Positions 1-10,672 are shown, numbered from the stretch's first letter. The stretch: DNA of 64,000 nucleotides from an uncultured Bacteroidota bacterium (GCA_963714955.1 CAVQQJ010000008.1:2498049-2562048), one strand, 5' to 3'. Notes: a model not told the origin generated them from the sequence alone. A program made the numbers and translations.

Positions 1-10
1 AAATGGGGAA

Positions 11-34
11 CGGCGGTCTTTCGACTGCCGTTTT
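11..34 (+). terminator. Intrinsic-terminator-like hairpin at the window edge, probably ending an off-window upstream gene
   Basis: cggcggtc-tttc-gactgccg forms an 8-bp stem (one G-T pair) with a 4-nt loop. It is followed directly by TTTT (31-34). Confidence 0.45.
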
Positions 35-200
35 CAATTAATAGGGATTTCATTCATGTGAACCGGTGATTCGTTTCGCCGAATCAGTCGGTTTGTTTTA
101 AGTCAGCTCCTTTCTTAATTTGAATTTGGTGAAGGTTCTTGAGAGATAGATAATTCATATTGGCAGTAATTGGCTCTTCTTTTTATCTAATCGGAGTTAC

Positions 201-1712
201 TTGGTGATAGACGAAGTCAGTTTAAGAATAGAAAAGCCGAAAACTTTCTGCGGGATTTTCGGAATCTACGGGACAGGGAACGCTTCCAGTTTTATCTATT
301 ACGGCTTGAACGCCCTTCAGCATCGCGGACAGGAAGCGGCGGGGATAGTGACCCGGGAACGGTCCGACGGGAAAACCTTTTTCAATGTTCACAAGAATAC
401 GGGACTGGTCGCCGACGTTTTCAGAGACGAAAAAATCCTAAGTGAGGTCCTGAAGGGTGACGCCGGGATTGGACACAATAGATACTCGACAACAGGTTCC
501 GCGCAAAGCAAGAAGAATGTGCAGCCGATCGTTGTAAATTACCGTGAGGGTAATCTCGCGATCGCTCATAACGGCAATCTCACAAATTCGCACCGCCTCA
601 GAGACGAATTGACGGAGTCCGGAACGCTTTTCCAAACGACGACGGACACGGAAATCATTCTGCATCTGATCGCCCGAAGCCAGAAGGAAACCGTCATAGA
701 GCAGGTGTACGAAGCCCTGGAATCGATTCGCGGAGCATTCTCGCTCGTGATTTTGACCGATGACCAACTGATCGTGGCACGAGATTCATACGGCTTTCGC
801 CCGCTTGCCCTCGGGAAGCTTGGAGATGCATACATCGCGGCTTCAGAGACTTGCGCATTTGATGTGGTTGGGGCCGAGTATATTCGCGACGTCGAACCGG
901 GCGAAATAGTCGTAATCGACGATGAGACTATCCAATCAGGAAATTTGCGCTCAATTTTCCTGACGGATGTCCAGAAGCAATCGAAGCATTGTATCTTCGA
1001 ATACATTTACTTTTCTCGACCAGACAGTAAGATATATGGCGAGAGTGTAGACAAGGTGCGAAGGAAAATCGGGAAGGCGCTCGCGGAAGAATCCCCCGTT
1101 GAGAATGACGAAGAAGGGAAGCTGGTTGTAATAAGCGTGCCGGATTCATCCAACACTGCGACTCTGGGCTATGTTTCTCAGAGCATAAAGTCGGGAATAA
1201 AAGCAAAATTTGAGATCGGCCTCATACGGAGCCATTATATAGGCAGGACGTTTATCCAGCCAAGCCAGGACATGCGTGACCTTAAAGTAAAGATGAAATT
1301 TAACACGGTAAAGGGGGTTTTAAAGGGACGAAAAGTGGTGATCGTCGACGACTCAATAGTTCGCGGAACGACGAGCAAGCAGCTTGTGAAGTTGATCAGG
1401 GAGGCGGAGCCTTCAGAGGTCCACTTCAGAGTAAGCTCACCGCCCATCATGCATCCTTGTTTTTACGGAATGGATTTTCCCTCGGAGCGAGAATTATTTG
1501 CAAATCAAAATGACGGAGATCTCGATCGAATGACGAGAGAGCTGAACGTAGATTCGCTGGCATATCTTTCACTTGAAAAGCTCCTGGAATCTGTGCCGAC
1601 CGATGGTAAAAGGGATTATTGTACCGCTTGCTTCAGCGGAAATTATCCGACGGGTGTCGAAATGAACAGTAAGGAAGAATTCGAAGCGAATATACACGAG
1701 GCGAAGGTCTAA
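201..1712 (+). CDS. purF: Amidophosphoribosyltransferase (glutamine-PRPP amidotransferase)
   Basis: 503-aa ORF with the Ntn nucleophile motif CGIFGIYG near the N-terminus and a class-II amidotransferase domain. It has the PRPP-binding loop VVIVDDSIVRGTT and C-terminal Cys ligands (CFYGMD, YCTACFSGNYP). The TTG start at 201 is not verified. Confidence 0.93.
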   Translation: MVIDEVSLRIEKPKTFCGIFGIYGTGNASSFIYYGLNALQHRGQEAAGIVTRERSDGKTFFNVHKNTGLVADVFRDEKILSEVLKGDAGIGHNRYSTTGSAQSKKNVQPIVVNYREGNLAIAHNGNLTNSHRLRDELTESGTLFQTTTDTEIILHLIARSQKETVIEQVYEALESIRGAFSLVILTDDQLIVARDSYGFRPLALGKLGDAYIAASETCAFDVVGAEYIRDVEPGEIVVIDDETIQSGNLRSIFLTDVQKQSKHCIFEYIYFSRPDSKIYGESVDKVRRKIGKALAEESPVENDEEGKLVVISVPDSSNTATLGYVSQSIKSGIKAKFEIGLIRSHYIGRTFIQPSQDMRDLKVKMKFNTVKGVLKGRKVVIVDDSIVRGTTSKQLVKLIREAEPSEVHFRVSSPPIMHPCFYGMDFPSERELFANQNDGDLDRMTRELNVDSLAYLSLEKLLESVPTDGKRDYCTACFSGNYPTGVEMNSKEEFEANIHEAKV

Positions 1713-1790
1713 CGTTTCATCCATCCCGTCGTTCCAGCTCCGGAGCATTGACCCGCCCGATTCAAAATTATTTACAAATTCAGAACTCGA

Positions 1791-2369
1791 TTGGATAATT
1801 CGTTAAGAGTTGAAAAACGCTGGACGATTTCGAACCTTCTCAGTTTGAGCAGGATCGTCCTGCTTATCCCGATCGTCGTGCTGATTCTCAGGGAGGGAAC
1901 CGAGTATCGTCTGGCCGTCCTTATCCTCATGTTAACGGCAGCGATGACGGATTTTTTGGACGGGTTTCTTGCACGCGCCCTCGATGAGGTCACCGACTTC
2001 GGCAGATTGCTCGACCCGGCAGCGGACAAGATTTGTCTAATCACCATCGCAGCTGCTTTGGTTCTTGCAGGCGACATCCCGTTATGGTATGCTGCACTAG
2101 TAGCTTTGAGAGATATACTTATAGTTATCGGGAGCACGTTGATAATCACAAAGAAGAAAGTTGTTGTTCAATCGGTATGGGCGGGCAAGTTCACGGTGAA
2201 TCTCATTGCCGCTTATCTAATACTCGCGACGATGAAAGTCGAGTCGATGTCTCTGGCGAAAGGTTTCTTCCTTTATTCTAGCACCGTTGCGTTGTTCGTT
2301 TCGTTGGCCGTCTACACAAAAATTTTTCAGCAACACATGGTTGACGATGGGACTATCGGACAGTTTTAA
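1791..2369 (+). CDS. CDP-alcohol phosphatidyltransferase family protein (PgsA-like)
   Basis: 192-aa hydrophobic ORF. The motif DFLDGFLARALDEVTDFGRLLDPAADK matches D-G-x2-A-R-x8-G-x3-D-x3-D. Confidence 0.8.
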   Translation: MDNSLRVEKRWTISNLLSLSRIVLLIPIVVLILREGTEYRLAVLILMLTAAMTDFLDGFLARALDEVTDFGRLLDPAADKICLITIAAALVLAGDIPLWYAALVALRDILIVIGSTLIITKKKVVVQSVWAGKFTVNLIAAYLILATMKVESMSLAKGFFLYSSTVALFVSLAVYTKIFQQHMVDDGTIGQF

Positions 2370-3267
2370 GAGAATAAGAGATGGTTTGTCAAGAACCCGT
2401 TCCGGTTTAATTGGGAGGATTGCGAAAGTAATTTCCACCAAGACGAAAATCGATGATGATCTTATTGGCGAGATTGAACAGGCGCTGCTGGCGAGCGACA
2501 TCGGGTACGACGCGACGGAAAAAATTGTTAAAGACCTTCGCCTGAAAGTCAAAAACGAAGGCTATGACAGTCCGGGGATGCTGGGGAGCTTGCTAAAAGA
2601 GGAGATAGCCAGTTCTTTGATTGGCTCGAACGGTCACGAGCAAATGGTATCGAAACCGACGGTGATTATGGTTGTCGGCGTAAATGGCGTGGGTAAGACG
2701 ACCACAGTCGGAAAGCTGGCATACAATTTCAAGAACGAAGGCAAGAAAGTGTTGATCGCTGCCGCTGACACTTTTCGAGCTGCAGCAAATGAGCAGCTTA
2801 AGATTTGGGCCGACCGTGCGGGAGTGGAACTAATCCAGCAGAGGCCCGGTACCGATCCGGGTGCCGTCGCTTACGATGCCGTGGGTTCCGCGAAGGCTAG
2901 AAAGATGGATGTGGTGCTCATCGATACTGCAGGTCGACTTCATACTAAGTCCAACCTGATGGAAGAATTAAGGAAGATCCGCCGCGTGGTTCAAAAGGTG
3001 ATCCCGGAAGCACCTCACGAAGTTTACCTGGTGCTGGATGCCGTTACCGGCCAAAACGGCCTGGTGCAAGCCAGACAATTTCTTGATGCAGCAGGAGTCA
3101 CGGGTATCGTGTTGACGAAACTGGACGGGACGGCCAAGGGGGGCATAGTCGTTGCAATAAGTCAAGAGCTCAAACTTCCTGTAATGTTCGTTGGCGTCGG
3201 CGAGGGGATTGACGACTTGCAACGGTTCGACAGAAAAACATTCGTTGATGCACTTTTTTCAGATTAA
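2347..3267 (+). CDS. ftsY: Signal recognition particle receptor FtsY
   Basis: Lies within ORF 2287-3267; I place the start at ATG 2347 ([14 protein letters not shown]). SRP-GTPase NG-domain motifs are present: [26 protein letters not shown]. Confidence 0.9.
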   Translation: MGLSDSFKRIRDGLSRTRSGLIGRIAKVISTKTKIDDDLIGEIEQALLASDIGYDATEKIVKDLRLKVKNEGYDSPGMLGSLLKEEIASSLIGSNGHEQMVSKPTVIMVVGVNGVGKTTTVGKLAYNFKNEGKKVLIAAADTFRAAANEQLKIWADRAGVELIQQRPGTDPGAVAYDAVGSAKARKMDVVLIDTAGRLHTKSNLMEELRKIRRVVQKVIPEAPHEVYLVLDAVTGQNGLVQARQFLDAAGVTGIVLTKLDGTAKGGIVVAISQELKLPVMFVGVGEGIDDLQRFDRKTFVDALFSD

Positions 3268-3308
3268 GTCTCGTTGACGAGTCAAACGCTAAGCGCAAAG
3301 GCTGAGAA

Positions 3309-5114
3309 ATGGCAAAAATCAAAGTTTTATCCGAAGAAGTCGCGAGCAAAATTGCGGCGGGGGAAGTGGTTCAGCGGCCGGAGTCCGTGGTCAAGGAGTT
3401 AATAGAAAACGCAATCGACGCCGGGGCAAAATCGATTGAAGTGGAAGTTAAGGATGCAGGGAAAAGTTTCATAAGGGTTACTGACTCTGGCAGCGGTATG
3501 TCCGAGGAAGATGCTTTGCTCGCCTTCCAGCAACACGCCACAAGCAAGATTGCTTCGTACCAGGATCTCGAAAATGTCTCTACTCTCGGGTTTCGCGGTG
3601 AGGCGCTATATTCAATCGCCGCTGTAGCACACCTGGAGATAAAGACACGTACGGAAGAGAATGATGCTGCAACTTACCTGCGAATTGATGGCGGAAAGAT
3701 CGAAGAGATCTCGAAGGCACCCCATGTCGTGGGAACGACCACGATAGTCCGGAATTTGTTCTTCAATACTCCGGCAAGAAGAAACTTCTTGAAAGGCAAC
3801 CCGACCGAGTTCAGGCATATTTACCACACCGTATCGCGATACGCGATTGCCTTTCCGGATATCAGGTTCATGCTGCAGTCAGGTGACGAAATTATTTTCC
3901 GCGCCAAATCGGACTCGGTCCGCGGACGATTGGACGAGATCTTCGGCGACAAATTTTCGGATTCATTGGTTGCCTTCGACGAAGACTACGGCCATCTGAG
4001 GATCAGCGGCTTTCTCGGGAAACCGGAGTACACAAAGAGGACCCGCGGGGAACAGTTCTTGTTCCTGAATCGGAGGTATGTCATTAATAAAGCGGTAAAT
4101 CACGCGGCCTTCTCTGCATATGAGAACCTGATCGACAGGGGCGATTTTCCGTTCTTTGCAATCTTCATTGAGATGCCGCCGAACGAAGTCGACGTCAATG
4201 TTCATCCATCGAAACTGGAAGTGAAGTTCAGGGACGAGCGGAGTATTTATGGGGCTATACGTTCAGCTACAAGGGGTTCTCTTGTGAAGAGCGATCTGGT
4301 GCCGGAGTTAGGCATCGCGGGCGATTCCGGGAGATTTGTCAGTCGCGTCACAAACGACTCTTCGCGGGGAGGATTTGTACCGGTCATGTCGAGTTTTCCC
4401 CGGGCGGGATTTCAAACGAATTCCGGACAGCGTCTGATTGAAGACGAGCGAATGGCCGATGCCGTCGACCCGCTCTTTTCACTAAGATTTCCGCAGAATA
4501 TAAATGCCGGTGTGGAGCAATCGAGGGGGAGCGAATTGGTTGAGAGCTCAGCTGCTGTAATTTACCAGCTGCACGCAAAGTATATAATTTCGCAAATATC
4601 CACCGGCCTCCTCGTCGTCGATCAACACGCTGCACATGAAAGAATAATCTACGAACGTACCCTGAAGAGATTTGATGAACAGGGACAAAATACGCAGCAA
4701 CTCCTTTTCCCCATAAGTGTGAATCTTGGTCCGGCGGATTTCACGTTAGTCGAGGAAATCTTGCCCGATTTGAACAGGATGGGGTTCAGCGTGAAGCTGT
4801 TCAGCGGCTCTACAGTCGTTCTTGACGGCGTGCCGGTCGACTTGAAGCCGGGCAGAGAAAACACGATTCTCACGGAGATTCTCGAGGACTATAAACGTGA
4901 CAATGACTTGCGGCTTACTCCACGCGAAAAGCTTTGCAAGACTTTTGCCTGCAAGGCCGCGGTGAAGGCGGGTGATTATCTGACGACCGAGGAAATGGAG
5001 TCGCTGCTGGACAGACTCTTCAAAGCAGAAGTTCCATTCGTATGTCCGCACGGGAGACCTGTGCTCGTGAAGATACCGCTGCTGGAACTCGACAAAAAGT
5101 TCGGGCGAATTTAA
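3309..5114 (+). CDS. mutL: DNA mismatch repair protein MutL
   Basis: 601 aa. The GHKL ATPase N-terminus shows AAGEVVQRPESVVKELIENAIDAGA and GFRGEAL. The C-terminal domain shows DQHAAHERIIYE and CPHGRP. Confidence 0.95.
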   Translation: MAKIKVLSEEVASKIAAGEVVQRPESVVKELIENAIDAGAKSIEVEVKDAGKSFIRVTDSGSGMSEEDALLAFQQHATSKIASYQDLENVSTLGFRGEALYSIAAVAHLEIKTRTEENDAATYLRIDGGKIEEISKAPHVVGTTTIVRNLFFNTPARRNFLKGNPTEFRHIYHTVSRYAIAFPDIRFMLQSGDEIIFRAKSDSVRGRLDEIFGDKFSDSLVAFDEDYGHLRISGFLGKPEYTKRTRGEQFLFLNRRYVINKAVNHAAFSAYENLIDRGDFPFFAIFIEMPPNEVDVNVHPSKLEVKFRDERSIYGAIRSATRGSLVKSDLVPELGIAGDSGRFVSRVTNDSSRGGFVPVMSSFPRAGFQTNSGQRLIEDERMADAVDPLFSLRFPQNINAGVEQSRGSELVESSAAVIYQLHAKYIISQISTGLLVVDQHAAHERIIYERTLKRFDEQGQNTQQLLFPISVNLGPADFTLVEEILPDLNRMGFSVKLFSGSTVVLDGVPVDLKPGRENTILTEILEDYKRDNDLRLTPREKLCKTFACKAAVKAGDYLTTEEMESLLDRLFKAEVPFVCPHGRPVLVKIPLLELDKKFGRI

Positions 5115-5203
5115 GAGTCGCAATTAAGTTTTTCCGTTCGCGCCAAAAACCGCGTAGGCAGGGTCACGGTTCGCGGCCTTAATCCCGATCGGGCGGTCGG
5201 TTT

Positions 5204-5233
5204 TTGACTTTATCTCTGAACCCTACTTATATT
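5204..5233 (+). promoter_or_regulatory. Candidate sigma70-type promoter upstream of aspS
   Basis: TTGACT (5204-5209), 18 nt, then TATATT (5228-5233), 37 nt upstream of ATG 5270. This is a consensus match only. Confidence 0.35.
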
Positions 5234-5269
5234 GAATTTCACACTTTCAAACAATGAATTAAAGATTAA

Positions 5270-7098
5270 ATGCCTAAGGCTATAGTTTCATTACGCGGAA
5301 AGAAAAGAACACGGACCTGCGGTGAGCTCCGGGCAGGGGATATCAATCAGACGGTAACGCTAAATGGCTGGGTTGATCGAAGAAGAGATTCGGCGGAGTA
5401 ATATTCATCGACTTAAGGGACCGGTATGGAAAAACGCAGATTGTCTTTGCCCCGCAGCATAACGAGTCGATTTACCAAATTGCAAAACAGCTGAGAAGTG
5501 AAGATGTTATCGCGGTGGTCGGAAAAGTCGAACACCGGCCCGAAGGTACTACAAATTCCAGCTTGCCGACGGGCGAAATCGAAGTCGTCGGAGATGATCT
5601 GTCCATTCTTAACGAGTCGGAAACGCCTCCATTTCCAATCGATAGTGAAAGCGAAGCAAGCGAGGATTTACGGCTTAAGTACCGTTTTCTTGATCTTCGC
5701 CGCGAGCAAATGCAGGCGAACCTGCAATTGCGTCACAAAACTGCGCAGGTCACGCGTCGTTATCTAGACAGACACGGATTTCTTGAGATCGAGACTCCTT
5801 TTCTGATGCGCAGTACTCCTGAAGGCGCGAGAGATTATCTCGTGCCAAGCCGGATTCATCGAGGTAAGTTCTATGCTCTTCCTCAATCCCCGCAGACTTA
5901 TAAACAAATACTGATGGTATCGGGTTTCGACAGATATTTTCAGATTGTAAAATGCTTTCGTGATGAAGATCTGCGAGCGGACCGCCAACCCGAGTTCACC
6001 CAGATAGACATCGAAATGTCGTTTATTTTGGAGGAAGACATATACGAACTGTCGGAGGGGTTGACGAGAGAGCTGTTCAAAGAAATTAAGGGGATCGATA
6101 TCGAGACACCGCTTCCTCGGTTAAGCTACGATGACGCGATTTCTAAGTATGGAAGCGATAAACCGGACTTGAGATTCGGGCTTGAGATCCAGAATGTCAC
6201 CGAACTATTGCGGGGCTCTGCGTTCAAGGTCTTCGAATCGAGCATCCAAAGTGGAAATTTCATTTGCGGGGTGAATCTCAAAGGGCAAGCGGAGCTGAGC
6301 CGCAAGCAGCTGGATGATTTGACCGAACTGGCTAAGAGTTGCGGTGCCGGTGGTCTCGTTTACTTCAAGGTCGGACTCTCGTCACTCGACTCACCTACGG
6401 CGAAACACTTTTCCACTGATCAACTGGACAAAGTGAGGCAAAAGTTTTTGGCCAAAATGGGCGATTTGATTCTTCTGATTACCCAGCCTCCAAGCAGGGT
6501 ATTCACGACTCTGGGACAGTTGCGTTTGGAACTTGCAAAACGCTTCAAGCTGATTGAAGAGAAGGCAAACTCATTATTGTGGGTCACGGAATTTCCACTC
6601 CTCGAATGGTCGGAGGATGATAAGAGATTTGCGGCTATGCATCATCCGTTCACTTCTCCGAAGGAACAGGACATTCAAGTCCTCGACGAGGGATTGAAGG
6701 AATATAACGAGAAGAAAAGGTGGCATTCCGAAAACCCGGTGAGCAAAGTCCGCGCACGAGCCTATGATTTGGTCTGGAACGGGAACGAAATTGCAGGCGG
6801 AAGCATAAGGATATTCCAACCCGAACTTCAAGAAAAGATGTTTGCATGTCTCGGCATTTCGAAGGAAGAAGCGAAAAAGAAATTCGGCCACCTTCTCGAA
6901 GCCTTCAAGTATGGTGCGCCGCCGCATGGCGGGATCGCCTTCGGATTCGATAGACTGGTAATGCTTTTCACGGGCGGGAAATCCATACGAGACGTGATTG
7001 CTTTTCCAAAAACAGCGAGTGCGGTTTCGTTGATGGATGAAGCTCCTAGCGAAGTCAGCCGGGATCAATTAATCGAGCTGCATCTAAAGATCATTTAG
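5270..7098 (+). CDS. aspS: Aspartate-tRNA ligase, reading frame interrupted by an apparent 1-nt deletion near 5387-5391
   Basis: ATG 5270 opens [40 protein letters not shown] and runs into TAA at 5399-5401. The expected continuation [22 protein letters not shown] is in the -1 frame (ttc at 5389), which is the frame of ORF 5515-7098. Class-II aaRS motifs are present: [31 protein letters not shown]. Confidence 0.9.
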
Positions 7099-7115
7099 GA
7101 CGTGGAAGCTGCGTC

Positions 7116-9587
7116 GTGAACCAAATCCAACCTCAAGCGGGGAATCTCAACATGTTTTACGGATTACTCATATTTCTTGGAATTCAATCCATGGTCAATC
7201 CAAATGCCGCTGCCGCAGAAAAGCCTGTTAAGACAGTGTCGACAATCGGACAACTCAAGAGCTTGGAGAAAACCTCGAAAGCGGTCTTCGCGAAGTATGA
7301 TTCGGGAGAAGCGACTATCGAGATTTCTGAATCTGGCGTCTACCATCTTTCGGTTGCGGGAAAAAATGGCGCCAGGAAATCATTTGCAACCGTAGAACAA
7401 CCGGGGAATCTGGATGGGCACCTGGTCAGTGCAACCAGGGATGAGGTTTCGTCTGATTTCGATAACGCGACAATTGATTTTATTCCTGGGCAGTTGACCC
7501 TTGCATTTAAGCCGAAGGACGGCTCGCATCCGTTCGAGTTAACCGAGATTCAGTTCTCAGATTCTGGACTTACGGCGAAGTTTGATATTCATGGTGCCAG
7601 AAAATTTTACGGGCTCGGAGAGAAAACATTTCCTTTCAACAAATTCGGCATCCGTTCGGTGATGTGGAATTCGGATTTTCCCGCTTATTCGACCAGGTTT
7701 GATCCACTGTATGAAAGCATTCCATTTATCCTCAAAGCCGATACAAGTGGAGCATACGGCCTCTTTTTCGATAACACCTACCGGACTTCGTTCGACATCG
7801 GCGCCTCCGACAGCGACCAAATCAGCTACAGAGCTTCCGGAGGCGCGCTTGAACTTTACGTTATTACAGGGAAAAATGCGGTAGAAGTAGTAAAAAAATT
7901 CTCTGATCTAACGGGTAGAATGCCGATGCCGCCAATCTGGGCACTCGGCTACCAGCAATCCAGATGGAGTTACTACCCCGAAAAAAAGGTTCTCGATCTT
8001 GCTCACGGTTTCCGCGATAGGAACATCCCTTGCGATGTAATTTATCTGGACATCAATTACATGGATGGGTACAAGTGTTTTACTTGGAGTCCAAAGGATT
8101 TTCCCGGCCCCCGGGAAATGTTAGATACACTTCATCAGATGGGATTTAAAGTCGTTACGATAATTGACCCCGGCATTAAGGATCAGAAGGGTTATCCGGT
8201 CTATGACAGCGGCATAAGAAACGATGTGTTTGTCAAAAAGCCTGATGGAAACTACTTCGTCGGTCAGGTATGGCCCGGCGACTGTGTATTCCCCGATTTC
8301 TTGAACGAAAAGACAAGACAATGGTGGGGTGACCAATACAAGCCGCTCGTTGAATTCGGAGTGGATGGGTTTTGGAACGACATGAACGAGCCGAGTGTAT
8401 TCAATTCACCCAACAAGACTTTCCCGTTGGATGCAATCCACCACATAGATGATGAAAGAGTAGAACACGCGGAAGCCCACAATGTATACGGGATGCAAAT
8501 GGCTCGCGGAACGCGAGAAGGTCTGGAGAGGATAGAGCCGGGCAAACGTCCACTTGTCCTTACGAGAGCAAACTATGCCGGCGGACAACGCTACGCTGCG
8601 ATGTGGACGGGGGACAATTTTGCGAGCTATGCCCATCTGAGATTAGCGCTCGAAATGTTTCTGAATATAGGTGTCTGTGGACAACCGTTTGTCGGCAGCG
8701 ATGTCGGCGGTTTCGTAGGAAACCCGGACGCCGAACTTTTTTCAAGATGGCTTGAACTGGGCGCGTTCAGTCCGTTCTTTCGGACTCACAGCGTGATCGA
8801 TTCAAAACCGAGGGAGCCTTGGGCGTACGATTCGACTCACACGGAAAAGAATAGGGATATAATTAATCGTCGATATGAGTTGATGCCTGAAATCTACACT
8901 GCATTCAGGAATGCAAATCTGAACGGCCTCCCAATTGTAAGGCCGTTGTACTTGGATTATTCAGATGACGGAGAAGTGTATGATTTGTCGGATGAGTTCT
9001 TGTTTGGCGATAAGCTTTTGATTGCACCGGTCCTCGATTCGGGCGTAACGAAAAGGCAAGTCTACCTTCCGCAAAATAACAACACCGTTCTCACATGGGC
9101 GAGTTTCTATGACGGAAAGCGGTTGAGAAGCGGTTGGCATGAAGTTGATGCACCACTGGGAAAGACACCCGTGTTCGTCAGAGAAGGAACGATCCTGTTT
9201 TCTCAAAGTGACATTCAATCGACGACCGAACGAGCGGATACTCTCTTCATCAGCGTTTACGGTGAGACGAACGCGAGTGGAAATGTTTATTTTGATGACG
9301 GCGAATCGATGTCGTACAAGAATGGAGATTTCCTCGACCTTTCCGTCGCCCTAAAAGCAGATGGGAATGCGAGCCGCCTGACCTTCACGCGGAGGGGGAA
9401 CTTTATGCCAAACTACAAATTTCTTGTCGTCCAAATGAAGAATCCGGATTCGATGCCTTTCATGACTGCGGAGCTGAGTTCTGCGGTAGGCCGCGTGTCG
9501 CAGGGTGGACGTGAGCGCGTACGAGAAAATTTGATCCGGTTTGTTTTTCCATTTGACGTCGCGGTCAGGACCATAACGATGCGTTAA
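7116..9587 (+). CDS. Glycoside hydrolase family 31 alpha-glucosidase, secreted
   Basis: 823 aa with GH31 signatures YLDINYMDGYKCFTW, GFWNDMNEPS and WTGDN. The N-terminus is signal-peptide-like. The start could be GTG 7116 or ATG 7152. Confidence 0.88.
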   Translation: MNQIQPQAGNLNMFYGLLIFLGIQSMVNPNAAAAEKPVKTVSTIGQLKSLEKTSKAVFAKYDSGEATIEISESGVYHLSVAGKNGARKSFATVEQPGNLDGHLVSATRDEVSSDFDNATIDFIPGQLTLAFKPKDGSHPFELTEIQFSDSGLTAKFDIHGARKFYGLGEKTFPFNKFGIRSVMWNSDFPAYSTRFDPLYESIPFILKADTSGAYGLFFDNTYRTSFDIGASDSDQISYRASGGALELYVITGKNAVEVVKKFSDLTGRMPMPPIWALGYQQSRWSYYPEKKVLDLAHGFRDRNIPCDVIYLDINYMDGYKCFTWSPKDFPGPREMLDTLHQMGFKVVTIIDPGIKDQKGYPVYDSGIRNDVFVKKPDGNYFVGQVWPGDCVFPDFLNEKTRQWWGDQYKPLVEFGVDGFWNDMNEPSVFNSPNKTFPLDAIHHIDDERVEHAEAHNVYGMQMARGTREGLERIEPGKRPLVLTRANYAGGQRYAAMWTGDNFASYAHLRLALEMFLNIGVCGQPFVGSDVGGFVGNPDAELFSRWLELGAFSPFFRTHSVIDSKPREPWAYDSTHTEKNRDIINRRYELMPEIYTAFRNANLNGLPIVRPLYLDYSDDGEVYDLSDEFLFGDKLLIAPVLDSGVTKRQVYLPQNNNTVLTWASFYDGKRLRSGWHEVDAPLGKTPVFVREGTILFSQSDIQSTTERADTLFISVYGETNASGNVYFDDGESMSYKNGDFLDLSVALKADGNASRLTFTRRGNFMPNYKFLVVQMKNPDSMPFMTAELSSAVGRVSQGGRERVRENLIRFVFPFDVAVRTITMR

Positions 9588-9890
9588 GGCGGGTTCTGCA
9601 TTAAAGGCACCTCTTATTACAGAATCGGAACAATTTCTTTGGTAGGTCATTGAGGTTCTCACTGGCAAATAAGCCGTGTTACTTTCTTCGGTTTTCGATT
9701 ACCATCCTGTAATTCCAATTTTCCTTACTCCAAAATAGCACCTCGAAAACACAATTTTGGATGTTTCTAACGGCACGAGGTTTGTCGCTAATAATGCGAT
9801 CATGAAAAACATGAAATTGAATCTTGGTTTGGACGGGAAAGAGTTTTGCAATAAAATGTCGAAAATTTTAAAAATCTTAGGAGGTTACAA

Positions 9891-10382
9891 ATGAAAAGGT
9901 TAATGCTAGTCGCGATGGTTCTAAGCTTGGCGGGCATGTCATATGCACAGTCTAGCGCAAATGGTACAGCCACAATCAATGCCTACATCGAAAAAGGTCT
10001 CACAATGAGTGTTTCCAATTCTACTCTTAATCTTGGCAATCTAGTCGCGGGAACGACGCCGGCGGCTGTAAACCCGGCAAGCGGGACCGTCCCTACTTTC
10101 ACAGTTACAGGTGACGGCGGACACGCGGTAAATGTCACTTATGATGCATCTGTTATGTTGACTACGGCTGGCGATTCGTTATCATTTGCAACGGACTTCA
10201 GAGGTGATGGGACCAATGATCAAGCTGGAGCGACGACAGTGCCCGCATCGGTAAATCTCAGCAATAGCTCACCGGCCAGCGGCAACTTTTATATGTGGCT
10301 TGGCGGGAACGTCGGCACAATTCCTTCAGCTCAGACACCGGGAACCTATACCGGTACGTTCCATGTCTTGGTAAGTTATTGA
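9891..10382 (+). CDS. Secreted pilin-like subunit (DUF4402 / spore-coat-U-like by pattern)
   Basis: AGGAGG lies 7 nt upstream of the ATG. Signal peptide MKRLMLVAMVLSLAGMSYA/Q. The mature ~140 aa is S/T/G/N-rich and beta-rich. It has an alternating-hydrophobic N-terminus (TATINAYIEKGLTMSV) and the C-terminus GTYTGTFHVLVSY. It sits in a subunit-chaperone-usher context. Confidence 0.6.
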   Translation: MKRLMLVAMVLSLAGMSYAQSSANGTATINAYIEKGLTMSVSNSTLNLGNLVAGTTPAAVNPASGTVPTFTVTGDGGHAVNVTYDASVMLTTAGDSLSFATDFRGDGTNDQAGATTVPASVNLSNSSPASGNFYMWLGGNVGTIPSAQTPGTYTGTFHVLVSY

Positions 10383-10439
10383 TATATTAAACCGAAGGCG
10401 CTTCGAGTGAGGCGGTGCTTCGGATGGATTTTTGAGAAC

Positions 10440-10479
10440 CAGAAGGCTTAGCATTCCGTCTAAGCCTTCTGGTTTTTTC
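10440..10479 (+). terminator. Strong intrinsic terminator between the subunit gene and the chaperone gene
   Basis: ccagaaggcttag (10440-10452) and ctaagccttctgg (10461-10473) form a perfect 13-bp stem with an 8-nt loop, followed by TTTTTT (10474-10479). A weaker hairpin (ccgaag..cttcgg) lies at about 10393-10424. Confidence 0.8.
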
Positions 10480-10672
10480 TTCAGCAGGTGGTGGTGCGTG
10501 GCGATCCAGACTAAGGGCGCGGTAGTATTTGTTGGGTTCATGCGAAGCGCTTCAATTAGTTTTTCGGCGTCTCCACACAGGTCTGTGGAAGGGTGCGTGG
10601 TGCCGCCGCAGGCTTCATACCTTGGCCTATTGAATAATTGAGAAACAACCATTTATTGACTAAATTAGACCC

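Noticed and set aside
9846-9875. TTGCAA-N17-TAAAAA promoter-like match just upstream of the subunit gene.
   Set aside because: Transcription would start within or after the AGGAGG ribosome-binding site (9879-9884), leaving no functional leader.
9802-9894. A 30-codon upstream ORF (MKNMKLNLGLDGKEFCNKMSKILKILGGYK) whose stop overlaps the subunit ATG (ATGA).
   Set aside because: No Shine-Dalgarno precedes it and the peptide has no recognisable features, so it is probably chance. It would be worth revisiting only if conserved in homologous loci.
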